From positions 16,120,001-16,184,000 of the forward strand of contig OX597821.1 in NCBI GenBank assembly GCA_951406725.2: a stretch of 64,000 nucleotides of DNA, given 5' to 3'. Below the pieces are notes generated by a model. The model had not been told where the DNA came from. It made no database searches and was given only the letters and a program-made list of their open reading frames with translations. Source of the stretch: Octopus vulgaris (lineage: Eukaryota). The stretch's first letter is position 1; every line of letters begins with the position of its first letter. The translations under genes and the position numbers were made by a program. Of the stretch, positions 24,731-38,757 are shown piece by piece.

Positions 24731-25033
24731 ACTTGAAACAGTAATTATTATGTAAAAAGAAACGTGTAAAATTTAGACTGTAAAACTGCATTGCATGAGT
24801 ATTCCTGTAACGATGTTACATATCTTGAAACATTTGATCTATCCCAATAAAAATAATTTCAAATATGGCATCCTTCAACAAAGCATAAATTTATATATAT
24901 ATATATAAAAAACTGCTTTTCGCAGTTTTTTTCAAAGCATAAATTACTGAATATAAAACTGCTTTTCATAGTTAGATGTAATGAAATTTTGAGCTCTTAT
25001 ATTTGATATCCGCACTATAAGGATTAAATATAA

Positions 25034-25991
25034 CTAGCGGGACCCGTGGAAATTCCACAGAAAGAAAATGATTAAAAGAAGCTATTTAAGAAAGAAAGGG
25101 ATGGTTTGCATGTTTATTTATATTTCCATAAATCATTTTACCTCCGGTCACTATAACGTATTAATTCATTTTGAAATTTCCCTCCGCTAACCAGTTTATA
25201 TTTCTCTTTCTTCACCTTTCATTTCCACCAACCACATGAGTGACAGCATAATTCAACGGCTGGCTATCTGCTCTCTAACTCACTCTCATATTCCAACATC
25301 GTTCTCTCACTCACCCTCCTCTCTAACAAACTAAAGCGTGAAGTGTGAACGAACCAGCAGAAGAATAGTGTAGATATGGTTCAATATACAAAAAGAATTC
25401 ACCACTAACACAAAACCAAGACCAAGACCACCACCATCACCACCACCACCACCACCACCACCACCAACACCATCTTCATCATTATAGTTTTTAGTCCAGT
25501 TGTTCGTTTATATCTACGTTCTCTTGCTGTGGATTTATCTCTTGTCTGACAATTCAAACGCTATCTGCTTCTCTCCCTGTGTGTGTGTCTCTCTCAATGT
25601 AACTGCCTCCCATATCCATCTCTCTTTGCCAGCCTTTCTTTAATCTCACCATCCAGAACATCAGCCTTTGCTAAATATTGTACCCTATATATTTCCATCA
25701 CCATCCTACAGCGCGTCTTTAACATTTCTCTCTCCCTCTTTTCTCCGTCTCCCTTTTCCCTCAGCATCTCTTGTACTTCGCTGCTCCATTCAAATACACA
25801 CGTGCATATGGCCTTGTTATGCATATTTCTCTACTTCTTTCCTAACTTCTTTCTTCTCTACTCACATTTCTCTCTCCCTCTCTCTCTCTCTCACCCACAC
25901 ACACTTTTGTTCCACATCTCACTCACTCCAACTCACCTCTTTAACTAACTAACGTATAACGGATAAACGACCAAGCAAAATGTTATAAAGA
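25034..25991 (-). mobile_element. Possible second non-autonomous Helitron family
   Basis: The minus strand ends in hairpin GTGGAA-T-TTCCAC then CTAG|T at 25034; putative 5' TCTTTATAAC at 25991. The interior is low-complexity CT-rich and (CAC)n sequence. Confidence 0.4.
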
Positions 25992-26199
25992 ATGGAATAT
26001 CCTCTAATGTTTGACTGTTCATAGAGTTTAGTATTTTAGATAATATTCTACAATACTATTGCAAGCGAGAAACCTCGCTTTTGTGTGTCGCTAAAACATG
26101 TTTTTACTTAGCGTACATGATTTTCCTTAGCGTATATATTATAACACAAAATATTTTTTCCTCCATTGAATTATTTCTAATATTACACGGACATACGGC

Positions 26200-26950
26200 G
26201 GGTTAAAAACTTGGCGACATTTCGTCAGTCATCACGATCATAGTTCAACGTCCGCCGAGGTCGGATTCGCCTTTCATTCTTTCGAGGTCGATAAAATAAG
26301 TACCAGTTGAAAACTTAGATCTATGTAATCTACTTACACCATTTTCCTAACTTTCTGCTCTTTTGCCAAAATTTAAAATCAATAATTCATGTGCATAAGG
26401 CGGTGAGCAGGCAAAATCGTTAGACTGCTTAGCAGCGCGTTCGAATTTCGCCAGGGTCGATTTCACCTTTCGTTGTTTCGAAGTGATAAAATTAGTACCA
26501 TTTGAGCACAGGGGTTAATGTAATCGACTTATCCCAACACCCGAAATCACTGGCCTATGCCATAATTTGAAAACTATATCTCATAGGCACTTTCAGAAAA
26601 TAGACTGCTTGGCGTTAGAAACATTTATCTTCCTGTAGAAACCTTTATCTTTTAGCAGGGAGCCGGCAGAATCGTTAGCACGCTGAGCAAAATGCTTCGC
26701 GGCATTTCGTCCGTCATCTGAAGGAGGCGATCTGGCAGAAACGTTAGCACGCCGGGCAAAATGCTTAGCGGTATTTTGTCTTTACGTTCTGAGTTCAAAT
26801 TCCACCGAGATCGACTTTGTCTTTCATCCTTCGGGATCGATAAATTAAGTACCACTTACGCAATAGGGTCAATGTACCTGACTTAATCCCTTTGTCTGTC
26901 CTTGTTTGTCCCCTATATGTTTAGCCCCTTGTGGGAAATAAAGAAATAAG
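26200..26950 (+). mobile_element. Cluster of SINE family A copies
   Basis: Degenerate copies at ~26200-26380 and ~26398-26575, and a composite at 26655-26950 flanked by AGAAACCTTT(T)ATCTT. Confidence 0.85.
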
Positions 26951-28309
26951 AAACCTTTTATCTTCCTCCACTTTCTGTTATTTGCTTCTTTTTTTTCCAA
27001 CTTGCTTCTCTTCAACCACTCAGGCAGCCGCACTATTGTCATTATTGATCATTTTCCTTGTGACGGATATTATCATGATCATCGTCATAGTTTTCATCGA
27101 TTCTGTGGTCATCTTCGTTTCCGTTATAACATCCTGTTAATCACCATCATATTCATTATCAAATTCCTTTATTTTCGTTCTCTTCTCTCATTTCCTTTGT
27201 ATTCTTTTTAAACTCATTTATCATATGTTTTTCATTCGTTCTAACTTATATTTCGTAAAAACAAAATGATGTCCGAGAAACGAGAAAGCACTTACATTGG
27301 CAGCACGAATTCAATGTCAATTACTTTAAAATTCATCCTATATATCATTCACACCACAACTCCTGATTAATAAAGTTCCGTGATCGGAAATTATTTGTCT
27401 AGATTAACATTGCTTCTGACTTTTTAGTCTGCCATAATAAACCGCTAATTAATTACCATAATATAAATAAATGAAATAATTAAAAATGAAAGTGATGCAT
27501 GATGAATATTTTAATGATTATTAATTATGCTGAAAGTATCACTTTTTATCGCAATATCGATCTTTTGCCGTACACAAGGCCACGCATTTTGCGAGAGGCG
27601 TACTGACGACGAAGCTACTTAAATACCGTAAATGCATAGTACTAAATACTGCATAGCCTTTCGTCTGTAGTTCTAAAGGTCCTGTCAATCCCTTGCTTTT
27701 GATGGAGAAATATTTAAAGAAAACTAAACGCGGAATATTCTTCATGATTCAGATAGCCAAGTAGCACTATTGCTTGCATTGATGTTGGTGCATTGCTTGA
27801 AAAATATCGATCTCCATAGTTGCTAATGAAGAAAGCATTTTTAAAAATATTTTAGGCACAAATAATTTTTTTGTGTTATTGATGATGCTGAGCTCAACCT
27901 GAAGGTCTGATGAAACAGATTTATGATGAACAACGCTCTAACCATCATGCTAAGGTACTAGTGAATATCTTGGAGAGTGTTGTCTAGTCTATATTTCTTT
28001 GCATATCTTAAATCGGTTGTTCTTCACCATTTGATTTATTGTTTTGTTTACCGTGTTAAAACATTTTACTGCTAAAATTATACATCCTGGTGTATATCAT
28101 TATAAAACTCGTTGGTAAGGAAGAATAAAGTCTTGACCACCACTATCTGGTGATGCGTACAAATATTTTTTTATTCTGAACGTACACAAATTAAATGTCG
28201 TTACAAAAAGCTTTTTTCTTTACTGCCCAATGCTTTAGCTACTAATTCAACTAGTCCCTATGCATTCTTTATGCGAGATTGGAATCTTCGCTTTTTAGCT
28301 TCTTGCCTG

Positions 28310-28312
<3 letters not shown>

Positions 28313-28362
<50 letters not shown>

Positions 28363-28441
28363 ATATATATATATATAGAGAGAGAGAGATAGATAAATAT
28401 ATAGATAGATAAATAGATAGGTAGATAGATAAATAGATAGG

Positions 28442-28524
<83 letters not shown>

Positions 28525-28534
28525 GTAGGTGGAG

Positions 28535-28571
<37 letters not shown>

Positions 28572-28625
28572 TGTAGGTAGAGAGGTAGATAGATAAATAT
28601 ATAGATAGATAGAGAGATATATAGA
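28313..28625. repeat. (TA)n + (GA)n + (GATA)n microsatellite
   Basis: Directly visible. Confidence 0.95.
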
Positions 28626-28708
28626 CATACAGGATGATGATAGATAGAAATAGATAGTTAAATAAAGAGTCTAGTGAAGAATGTTAAGGTAAGCGTGGTG
28701 TAGATATT

Positions 28709-28766
28709 CAACAGCTAGTAGTCAAGCTCGGAATCCATTTCCTTCGTCTTGACTACTTGCTGTTGA
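28709..28766. other. Stem-loop, pre-miRNA-sized
   Basis: TCAACAGC-T-AGTAGTCAAG pairs with CTTGACTACT-T-GCTGTTGA (18 of 19 positions), with GGAA/TTCC in the apical part. Confidence 0.4.
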
Positions 28767-29214
28767 TGTTGGCATTTGTCTATGAAAATGATCTTTGTTA
28801 TGCGGACATAGAAGAAAAAGCAGATACACAAAGATAGGTGTGGGGGGGGTGAATCTCCGTGGAAACAAACATATCAAACCTCATCAATACAGTTCTACTG
28901 ATAGACGACGGCAAGATATATACACATGTATATTATTTAAGATTTCCAATAATATTACAGATGTATGAAATAGCACGGATTTTGAGAGTTCCATGAAATG
29001 ATGTTACTTTCAGACACTGTGTTGACCAAAGACATAAAAAATTATTGGACAGCATGATATACATGGGTATAGCACCAGTTATTGTTCAACTGAAATGGGT
29101 GTATAGATTTGGTTAGATGACATACATATTTAGCATATTTTTTCACATGCTAATGTGTATATATCTATACTTTCATCTATCTATCTATTTCTGTGATACA
29201 CGATCCCTATTGAT

Positions 29215-29549
29215 CGTTTTTTTCCTTTCGACGAGGAGGATTTTCCCACTATCACAAAGGCTGTCATTACTTTCGAGACAGTACTTCTTCATACACCAAA
29301 CATTTCTGCTGTTTTCGTGACGCTAGCGCCTGCCATACGAGCACCAACAATTTGACCTCTTTGAAAGACCGATAGATCGGTCATTTTAATGTATTTTAAT
29401 TACCCTTTTCTAATGTTATCTGAAAAGAAGCAGCAATTTTAGCAAAATATAATAAGTAACACTAATAATAAATAAATAAAAGCATTAAAATAAACAAGAT
29501 ATCTAAAAATTATGATGCTAGGTGTTTCCATTATTTTGTCCAACCCTTG
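29215..29549 (-). mobile_element. Tc1-like transposon 5' fragment (TIR and HTH start)
   Basis: TA|CAAGGGTTGGACAAAATAATGGAAACACC terminus. ATG at 29384 gives MTDLSVFQRGQIVGARMAGASVTKTAEMFGV*RSTVSKVM, the Tc1 N-terminal HTH with a premature stop. Confidence 0.85.
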
Positions 29550-30407
29550 TATATACAATTCTCTTTTACACAAATCTGGCTAGTTAAATTATGCTTACAT
29601 TATAAAAAAACTGTTAATGACATAATTGTAGAAATTCCAGATAACAATTCGTATATTTTTATCAAGTGTATATGCGTTAAAATATTTGTATACATCTATC
29701 TATAATCGTGGGTACGTATGCATGTTTGTCTGTGTCCTTGTGTGTATTTCGTCCCTCAGAATCTTCACGTAATAATATTTTTAATAATTTGTTTTTATTA
29801 TATAAGTTATAAATTTATCACAGAGATACAGCTAGAGCACATTTTGTTTTAAAGATTTTGAATATCTAAAATAAATGAAAAACACTTTTCTGAGAAACAA
29901 TATATCAAAGAAATGATAGAGTATTTTGTTATTTTGTACATTTCTAAAAGTATTAGACATATATTATCAATAAGCGACAGAGTTAAAACTGAAAGTAAAA
30001 TAAATATATTCTAGCGATGAAGCACTATGAGCTGTCAAGACCGATGGAAAAGGGTGAAGATGTCAGAAAAATTGAAAGTTCTCAGTAAATGGATGTTCGT
30101 CGTATATTAAAATAGCACAAGTGTTACTAAAATGAAATCTTATCCAAATATTGAAGAATGACATTTTCATAACTGGTAATCACATATCTGTAAATTGGCA
30201 GATGGCGAATACATAAATTTTTATTTCCTTCTACTGAAAATCGCAAAAATATTTAAAGTGAAATATGGATTTTATGAAGATGTATATTCTAAGCTGCCTT
30301 AAATTTTGAAAAACCTCATCTTTACACAAATAATTGATATCTGATAATCGCAGATCTCATTACAGAAAAACTTGCATATTGCATTATAGATATTAAAAAG
30401 AATAAAA

Positions 30408-30970
30408 AGGTGGTGAGCTGGCAGAATGGTTGGCATGCCAGACGTAATTCTTAGTGGCATATCGTCCGTTTTTGTATTCTGTGTTTAAGTTGCGCCGAGG
30501 CTAACTTTGCCTTTCATTCTTTCGGGGTTAATAAAATAATTACCAGTTGAGGACGCTGGTCGATATATTAAACTTGCCCCTTCCCCTCAAATTGATAGCC
30601 TTATGCCAAAACTTGCAACCAATTTTAAAAAGAATATATACGTATGTTTATACTATAAAAGAAATATTGTTCTTAACATTTAAAAGACACGATTGTCAAA
30701 TTATTTCGCTTCAAGACATGTATAGTTATTTCAAACCAAGATATGCAAAAAATTGCCTCATTATCAGTTTGCTGCAGAAAACGGTGTACTGGCGGGACAG
30801 TATGCTTTATAGCGTGTTTTCTGGCTGTAGGTTCTGTGATAAATCCCGCGATGAAATGTCTGCCTTTCACCTATTTCGGTTCGATGGATTAAGTAACAAC
30901 CGATTATTGGGATCAACAGCCTTTCCCCTCCCACCAAAGCTTTCAGGCCTGGTGCCCGTATTAGAAAAGA
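30408..30970 (+). mobile_element. Two degenerate SINE family A copies
   Basis: GGTGGTGAGCTGGCAGAA...CTTTGCCTTTCATTCTTTCGGGG at 30408-30620; a second copy at ~30770-30970. Confidence 0.75.
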
Positions 30971-31717
30971 TTATGAGTTTGCAGCAGCTTGAAGCTCTAA
31001 TGCCCCAACCTAATGCAGAAATTATTTTCTATTTCCCAGATATATTTCACTGGAAACTCATATTCTTTTCACAACTTTATTTCTTTATATGCATCTATGT
31101 ATCCTACACTATCACTTTACAATTTCCTTAAAACAGAATATGCATTCAAACACATGCAATAATTATTTCCAAAATGAGTAGAACTTTCATTAATCATTAG
31201 AATTATGACTAAAATCATATAAGTAAATAATCTAAATTGTCTTATCGGAAATCTGCAATGAATCAAAGAATCGATCTATTACATTCTATATACATTATTT
31301 TACGTCACCGGAATTATTTTTCTATTCAATAGATCAATATAATTAATTCACTGAGATTACTACAGTTTTCATAGTACCATATACCAGCAAGATATATTTC
31401 TATGTACACGGAAAATTTCTTTAATAATTCCGGTTATTAAATAGCATGTAAATAAACTTAGGTGTTTAAAATCAGGAATATTAGAAAGGTTTCAAAATAA
31501 ATTTCATCTACATAAAATAATATTTTCCTTTCAATCTGAACTTAAAATCGAAACGGATAAAGTGATTCAATATTATATGCTTAGAGTAATATTTGCCTCG
31601 TTGGTGATCGATGTGCCACAAAACTAGCTGATCGTCGCTGAATTAATCAGCATTCACAGCAAGCAAGAGCGGACAGTTGAAACAACACCAGAGTAAGAAA
31701 TGCATGTCACAGCACGA

Positions 31718-31754
<37 letters not shown>

Positions 31755-32742
31755 GCATGTATATATATATGCATGTATATATATATATACATAGGTACGT
31801 ATGTATGTATTATGTATGCATGTATATGAGTGTGTTTGGATATATTTATGTGTGTATATATATATTTATATATGTGCATATACACATACATGCATAATAC
31901 ATTCAACATACATATACATATGCTTACATAGATGGCTGATTGATTAGATACATTTTCACTGTACATAAAACGCAGCTGCCAGTGCTTTTACTGAAATTAA
32001 ACCTCCTGTGTAAGATCATTAAATATTCAATCGATATAATCTGTGTTGAGTTTCGATCAGGTACCAAGTTGTCAAATCAAAGGAATATTTAAGAGAAGAT
32101 ATGAAATGAATCTCGCTTAGTGTTATCTTTGATGTAATCATAGGATTGGGAAAGCGAGGGAGGGAATGAGGAGAATGGAAATAGAAAGGAAAAGATTGGA
32201 ATAGATAATAGGGTAAGGCTAGTAACACTGTTAGACGCAAAATGAGGGGAGAAATTTCTGCTTAACATCTGTAGATATCCACAAATTGAATATATACATA
32301 GTCCACACGCTCAGACACATATATACTCAAACACACACTCAATGTGTGTATGTTTGTAAGTGTGAGTGTGTGTATTTCAGTGTGCGTGTTTGTGTGTGAT
32401 GTCGACTGCAGTCAGGATGTCACGCCGTTGTTCTTGGTTATTTGTTACTAGAATAGTTCTTAGAGTATTTGTACATTCTGACCGGGTCATTCGCCGTCCG
32501 TGCAAATGTTGGCGGACACGTTCTAGTAATATGAAACTCAGTCAGAATAAGAATATATCATATATTACCCGGAGAGAAATACAATTTACTTATGATGTCT
32601 ACTCGCACCGACAACAGTAGTTTTCTTTCCGTCTATGTTCAGCATTATACATATATATATATATATATATATAACAATACAAAGAAAGTGGAGAATGCAT
32701 ACGCAGGACAATCAATAGATATACTATAATAGTCAATTCATG

Positions 32743-32837
32743 TTGCCTACGCACGTTTCGGTATATCGCTTAAACCCGTATTTATGCAACTAAATTAAAG
32801 TAAGAATTTGAAAAAGCAAAAACGTTCATCAGGGCAA
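32743..32837 (-). ncRNA. Minimal type I hammerhead ribozyme motif in a Penelope-like repeat
   Basis: Minus strand: TTGCC-CTGATGA-(long stem II)-C-GAAA-CGTGCG-T-A-GGCAA. Helix I TTGCC/GGCAA is perfect, the catalytic core is intact, and the cleavage triplet is GUA. Confidence 0.65.
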
Positions 32838-33114
32838 AAATTGACTGGTATCAAGGTCAGAATTGATCGTTATTTTTCACACATGCTGGCGGATGGAGAC
32901 CCATGTGTGTCTCGGTTTCTGTTCTAAAAATAGCAAGTGGTTGATGTGACCTAAGTGGACAAGGGAGAGGCATAGTTGAGAACTTTGTCATGTTACTATT
33001 CAGCCCTTTTTACTGATGAAAAACCAGCTTTTTCAAGCTAGTCGTTTAACTTTATCATTTTGCAGTATGTCTGTAACTATATTTCTCATTAACTATATAG
33101 GTTTATAAACCTGC

Positions 33115-33675
33115 TTATATGTATATATATATACACATATGTATATATATATACATAGGTATATACATATATGTATATATATATATACATATATATATAC
33201 ATATATGTATATATACATACATATGTATATGTATATATATACATATATATATATGTATATATACATACATATGTATATGTATATATATACATATATATAT
33301 ATATATATACATATATATACATATATATACATATATATGCATATATATATACATATATATACATATATATACATATATATACATATATATACATATATAT
33401 ACATATACATACATATATATACATATACATACATATATATATACATATATATACATATATATATACATATATGTATATATATACATATGTATATACATAT
33501 GTTTATATATATGTATATACATATATGTATATATATACATATGTATATACATATGTTTATATATATGTATATATATATATACATATGTATATATATACGT
33601 ATGTATATATGTACATATGTATATATATGTATATATATATATTTGTATATACATATATATATGTGTGTATGTATG

Positions 33676-33723
<48 letters not shown>

Positions 33724-33775
33724 CATATATATGTATATACATATACATATATATGTATATATATATGTGTGTGTG
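33115..33775. repeat. Long complex (TA)n/(TACA)n/(TATG)n satellite
   Basis: Directly visible. Confidence 0.95.
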
Positions 33776-34359
33776 TTATTTATTGGTAAAAAATCTAGTC
33801 ACTCGTCAATCGATCTATTGTCTTTACAGAAAAGTCAGTGATGCTGTGTGTTGTACTTTTGCAAACGTTACTACGCCCAAGTCGAAAACACATATTTACT
33901 ACCTAACTTCTCCAGATTCTCTTGCGATTGAATATTTCCTTTCTTTTAATGAATAAAACATATCAGAAGATGAATTTGCTTTAATTTCGAAATTACAAAA
34001 TTAGCTATGTGCTCTGCTTGTCTCCTTTTGCCTTTACCCCTCCCTGCATAGCCCCGTTATCAATTATCGGATATAACTACTCCCTTTCATTCAACGCCTA
34101 CACAGGTTTTAGGTATCACAGTGGATTAATATCTGGGAAACTACAACAAACTGGAAGAGTTATGTTAATGTTTTACCTATTATAGCTCCAAAGAACCCTG
34201 CGAGATTGTTTCTCCACCAAAGTTTTACAAACCTTATTATTTATAATGCTGTAATAAAACTTTTGAACGACAAGACTAATTGATTTTGTGATAAAATAGC
34301 GCTGCATAATTCCAGTGATCGAGCATTTCAAAGTAAAACATTTAGTTAAGAAAATTTAC

Positions 34360-35480
34360 AGATAGCGACCACGCTCCTCATAAATATAGGGCCAATGTTT
34401 CATAAATATGTTTATTATGTGAACACCACTAAAGTATTCAGCTCTGCGTGATATTTTCATTGTCACATATAGCAATGTGTAAAGTTTTTAAATAAGGATG
34501 CATTTCGTTTGGAAACTTAAATGTTTCAGTAATATGAATTTATAAATTAAAGGTATTGTTACAGAGGTTGATCCACCGATAGGGGTCTCATTTTATGCTG
34601 AATCACATCTATTTACGGATATGACTGTAAAAGACAAGAGGTTTCATATTCAAAATATACAAAGTAGCGTAAGCTTCACTTTGTTAAATGGGTAATGGAT
34701 CTGAAATGTTCTTATTTATTTTATCAATTAAATACCTTTTAGATACCTGACGGATCTTAAACCTATCATCTTGTTGAAGCATGAGAAGGATAGATGGAGC
34801 ACTTTGCAATTGTGTATTTGAACAGTTACTGGATTTTGCAAGAGAAAATTGTTTACAATTGAATCCACGAATCACACTAACAAATCCTGATCTGCAAGCA
34901 ATGAATACTTCAAACAACAAAGTTCCAGGCTTTACTAAGAACATCCTTTTATTTTTCCTGTTTCCTTTTGCTTTCTGCTTGGCGGAAAATTCAGTAGAGT
35001 GAATTGACACTACAAAACGAAATGACAAAAAGCTTAGTTTAAAAAAGCGTCATTTATGTGCATCAACATTCCTGCTAGCTGAGGAAATACTATAACCTTC
35101 ATAGAATTAAAGCATCATTTACCTAGAGAAACCAGAGAAGTCACTGAGTATTTGGAAGCAATTATGTGCTTGGTAGGATAAAAAAGATCAATGCGCTATG
35201 ATCATGCTGCTTTCTCCCCAATATTTTTTCCATCAGATCTGTGTTTGTGAACAAATTCGAACAAAATGAATTATGAAGAAAGCAATAATATGGAAGAATG
35301 ACACTGGTGATGGGAAAATTTAGAATAGATTGATTATTCAGGTGTTTATGTAATATGCGCAGAATTTCAAAAAGAGCAGTGCTGCGTTCATGATGAACGT
35401 TGATTATTATCAGAAGAAAGATATGTTCTGAAACAAAAACAAAACTCAGTCAGGACACAGCGATACTATGGTTAATAAGC
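34360..35480 (+). pseudogene. Degenerate MULE (Mutator-like) DDE transposase
   Basis: Fragments in the expected order: VMD..LFYQLNT; FEQLLDFARENCLQLNPRITLTNPDLQAMN; AWRKIQ; LSLKKRHLCASTFL; ELKHHLPRETREVTEYLE.NYVLG; FFPSDL; NNMEE*HW*WE; FQKEQ. These match MULE motifs (DGTF..FYQL, TDFE.AA.NA, WRKIQ, FPP..W, NN.EAWHR). Many stops and frameshifts. Confidence 0.8.
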
Positions 35481-36197
35481 ATGATAGTTGCAGGCGTTGC
35501 TGTGTGTTAAGAAGTTTCTTCCCATGTGTTTACATCCTTGTAACTTAGCGGTTCCACCAACGGTTCTGATAAAGAACCCACTTAAAAAGAACAACTAATG
35601 AGGTCGGATAATTTTACGAATATTCTTCGAATCTGTACCTCAACATGAATGCAGTCTAATGAATGAAACAAGCAGAAAATATTAGAATATATGTTCATCC
35701 GATTTCTGAAAGGTGTTGAACAATAAAATATAAGAATTGGTGCAGTATATTGGCCCCAAAAGAAGATAACAAAAAAATTACAGCAGCAGAGTGTAACTCC
35801 CAGAAGGTAGAGGGGGAAGAAATAACACAATATATTCTATCCTAACTACAGGTACAACAGCACATTGATTTACAAGCAGAAGCTTCAAATTTCCACTGAC
35901 ACCCGGCTAGTTTACTGGTATCTGGCGCAAACACGTTCCTTGAACAGTTCATTATTAATAAATTTGTTTTATTTATACTAATGTGCATGTGACAGTAGTT
36001 TATTTAATTATTTAAGTAAATTTAGCATTTAACCCGTAAAAATCAATAGACCGAAACGGCTTTTGAAACAAAAGTTCCGGATATCGATGTTGCACTTGTA
36101 CTAACTGCTCTGCCGATTGTCAATTCATTTCTGTATGAATAGATGTGTGTGTGTGTGTTAGTGTTCGTGACAGTGTTTACGACTCTTTATATGTATG

Positions 36198-36258
<61 letters not shown>

Positions 36259-36589
36259 CTGAGCGCTATACTAATACAATTGTTTGTTTGTATTCCACCT
36301 GCCTTCGTCTTTTGTCTATTTTCATAAAGCTTCCCGTTATATATATATATATATATAATGTGCATTCGAATTTCATATATCAAAACATGTTCAGATTATC
36401 AAGAGACATTTTACGAATGGAGCACTCAATACTAAAGCTAGAGTAAAACCAATTATAAAATTCCTTTTGTTTCGACGAATAAGCTATGAAGCGAAACAAA
36501 TTTTCAGTCAAAACTTTTTTTGATAATATATTCACATACACGTATACACTCGTACACTTGTACAAACGCTCACATACACAACATATATG

Positions 36590-36636
<47 letters not shown>

Positions 36637-37400
36637 TGTGCTTGCGTATATATGTATGTATGTATGTATGCGATCAGTAAGAGACAGTTTGTTGTATTTC
36701 TAACCTAGACTGATAATATAATGTACCTGAATCCACAAAACTGTCGGAAATAATAACCGATATTTAATGGAAAATATAATTAGATTTGATACCGTTTTGA
36801 TATATAACCCCAGTCATAAAAGATCAAAGAAGCGAGTCTATACACCACAGAAATTCATGAGGTTAATAAATATTTATCATTTTCTCTTATGTCATTTTTA
36901 CCGCTCTAAATTGGTAAAAATAAACATTAGCTAGGTGATCTGAGAGCCACAAGAACATATAGATATGATGGATATAATACCTTTCGGGTGTGAATGACTT
37001 CAACTGTGGATGCGATCGATAAAAAATTACCTGTTGGTAATCAATGAAATCAGAACCAGTGATACATTCGGAAGGAATCAAATTTGTATCCCCTCATCTA
37101 AGAAACTTGGCATAATAAATCAATGTTCATAAATGTGCGTGAATCTGGTTATACGTAAGGTCTCAAAAAGCCGATACAGACTGGGTTTGCAGGGTTGAGA
37201 AATTTACTTTCCCCACATGTTGTTTGACTTCCAATACCACGGTCCATAACTATGGACAAGTGTATTCTAACTTACTTTCCGACAGTCTTAATATTATGGA
37301 CACAAGCACAACCCAAAGTGTGTGTGTGTGTGTGATTCTGTTTTTGTGTGTGCGTGTGTGATTGCGTGTGTGTGTCTGAGTTTGGAGTGGTATATCATCC

Positions 37401-37595
37401 GGGGTACTATTTCATTCCTACTAAACCGAATCAATGCAATAACACAACGTTGTTCGGCCGTTTAGACGACGGTTCAACTGAGGGCAAGGCACATAATGTC
37501 CAAACAGATATCTATAAAAAGATAGGACAAAAGAAGTGTTGGAGAGAGAGAGAGAGAAGGAATGACTGAGTAAAATAGAGAGAAATGTAGAGTAA
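37401..37595 (+). repeat. Left arm of ~190 bp inverted repeat pair (TIR-like, begins GGGGTACT)
   Basis: Reverse complement of 50820-51011, e.g. GGGGTACTATTTCATTCCTACTAAACCGAATCAATGCAATAAC. Confidence 0.8.
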
Positions 37596-38539
37596 TTTTG
37601 TGCTCGCTTCGCTGGAGAGTAATGTTGTCTGGAGTATATTTTAGCAAAAACTATAACGATATAGAAATGGATACATGTTCATGCTCAAAATTTATTTCCT
37701 CTTCTCTTACAGTTTTATACAGCATATTGTTATGGTCTTTATGACCTACACATGATTCCACTGCACAGATTTAATGTAGTTGCAGATGCCACCTGGCACC
37801 ATTTTCACAGCATCTTCAGAGTCTACCCATTTGGTTAGATTCGGTACGAACTGACTGCAATTAGATATTTTGTTAGTTAGTGCTGTGGGTGGGTTGGTGG
37901 GGGAGAAGTTATTTTGTCATTGAACCGTGATCCGTTTGGAGGCCTGTGCGGTTGGCCACAAATTCACAGCGGTCGCGGTGCGAAATCATGGTTCAGTCTA
38001 ATTATGTCAGGGTTGAAATTAGTGTTTTCGCACGGCCCCTTGTTCATCTTAGTGGTTGGGTGCGCTATAGCTTGGTTTCCTGTGTAATGCTTGTAGCGAA
38101 GAGTCTTTAATTGTTCATAGATCCAATTTTTTTGTTGCTTTGCCAATGTTTTCCGGTATACATTGGATAGGATATATGTTAGTTTGTAAAGAGAGCTACT
38201 AATTGTGTGGGGGGTTAGGGTGTGTTCTATCCGTCTCTTCACACTCAACTGTGTGTGTGGTATTGGTTATCCAGAACCAGCTTTATATCTATTAAAAGTC
38301 TTGTGTTTGTGTCTTAAGGCCTGTTCAAATAATATTAAATAATGTATTTCTTGATATAAATATTTGACATAACTCTTCAATACAAAGTCGCATCTATTCC
38401 CCATTGCCTCATATCGTTTAGCTGTACAATCATTTCCCACTCTATAATTTCCTTTCGAAGTGAGATAGTCTTCTTGCGTTATGTGCAGCTACTATCTGTG
38501 CTTGGTTACATCTAATGGAGAAGGCCAGTCATACATTGT

Positions 38540-38700
38540 ATGTATTAAAATTTATGGTACTTGCTATTTGTCCTCGTCTTTGTTGTTAACACGTCTTTGT
38601 TAACACAACGTTTCGGCTGTTATACCCTCCAACATTATTTAGGTGCCTTGGGGAAATTTCGAACCCGGCTTCTAATTCCTAAGGTATTTTTCGATGTCAT

Positions 38701-38757
<57 letters not shown>

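Noticed and set aside
27600-27930. CTGACGA (27603) and CTGATGA (27907) as hammerheads
   Set aside because: No matching GAAA with helix I pairing. The same applies to 2681, 33013 and 55845, and 21600-21660 is too decayed to call.
30547-31131. 194-aa ORF
   Set aside because: Runs through two degenerate SINEs; a chance open frame.
32070-32135. Two TCF/LEF-like sites (ATCAAAG, CTTTGAT)
   Set aside because: 7-mers like these are expected by chance in AT-rich DNA.
33089-33956. Long YIYI/HTH ORFs here and at 14.0-14.5, 39.0-39.5, 43.9-44.2 and 47.4-48.8 kb
   Set aside because: Translations of stop-free (TA)n/(TACA)n microsatellites.
37964-38248. 94-aa minus ORF as Penelope GIY-YIG C-terminus
   Set aside because: Only a faint LRYK..AIA..MN resemblance; not supportable without a profile search.
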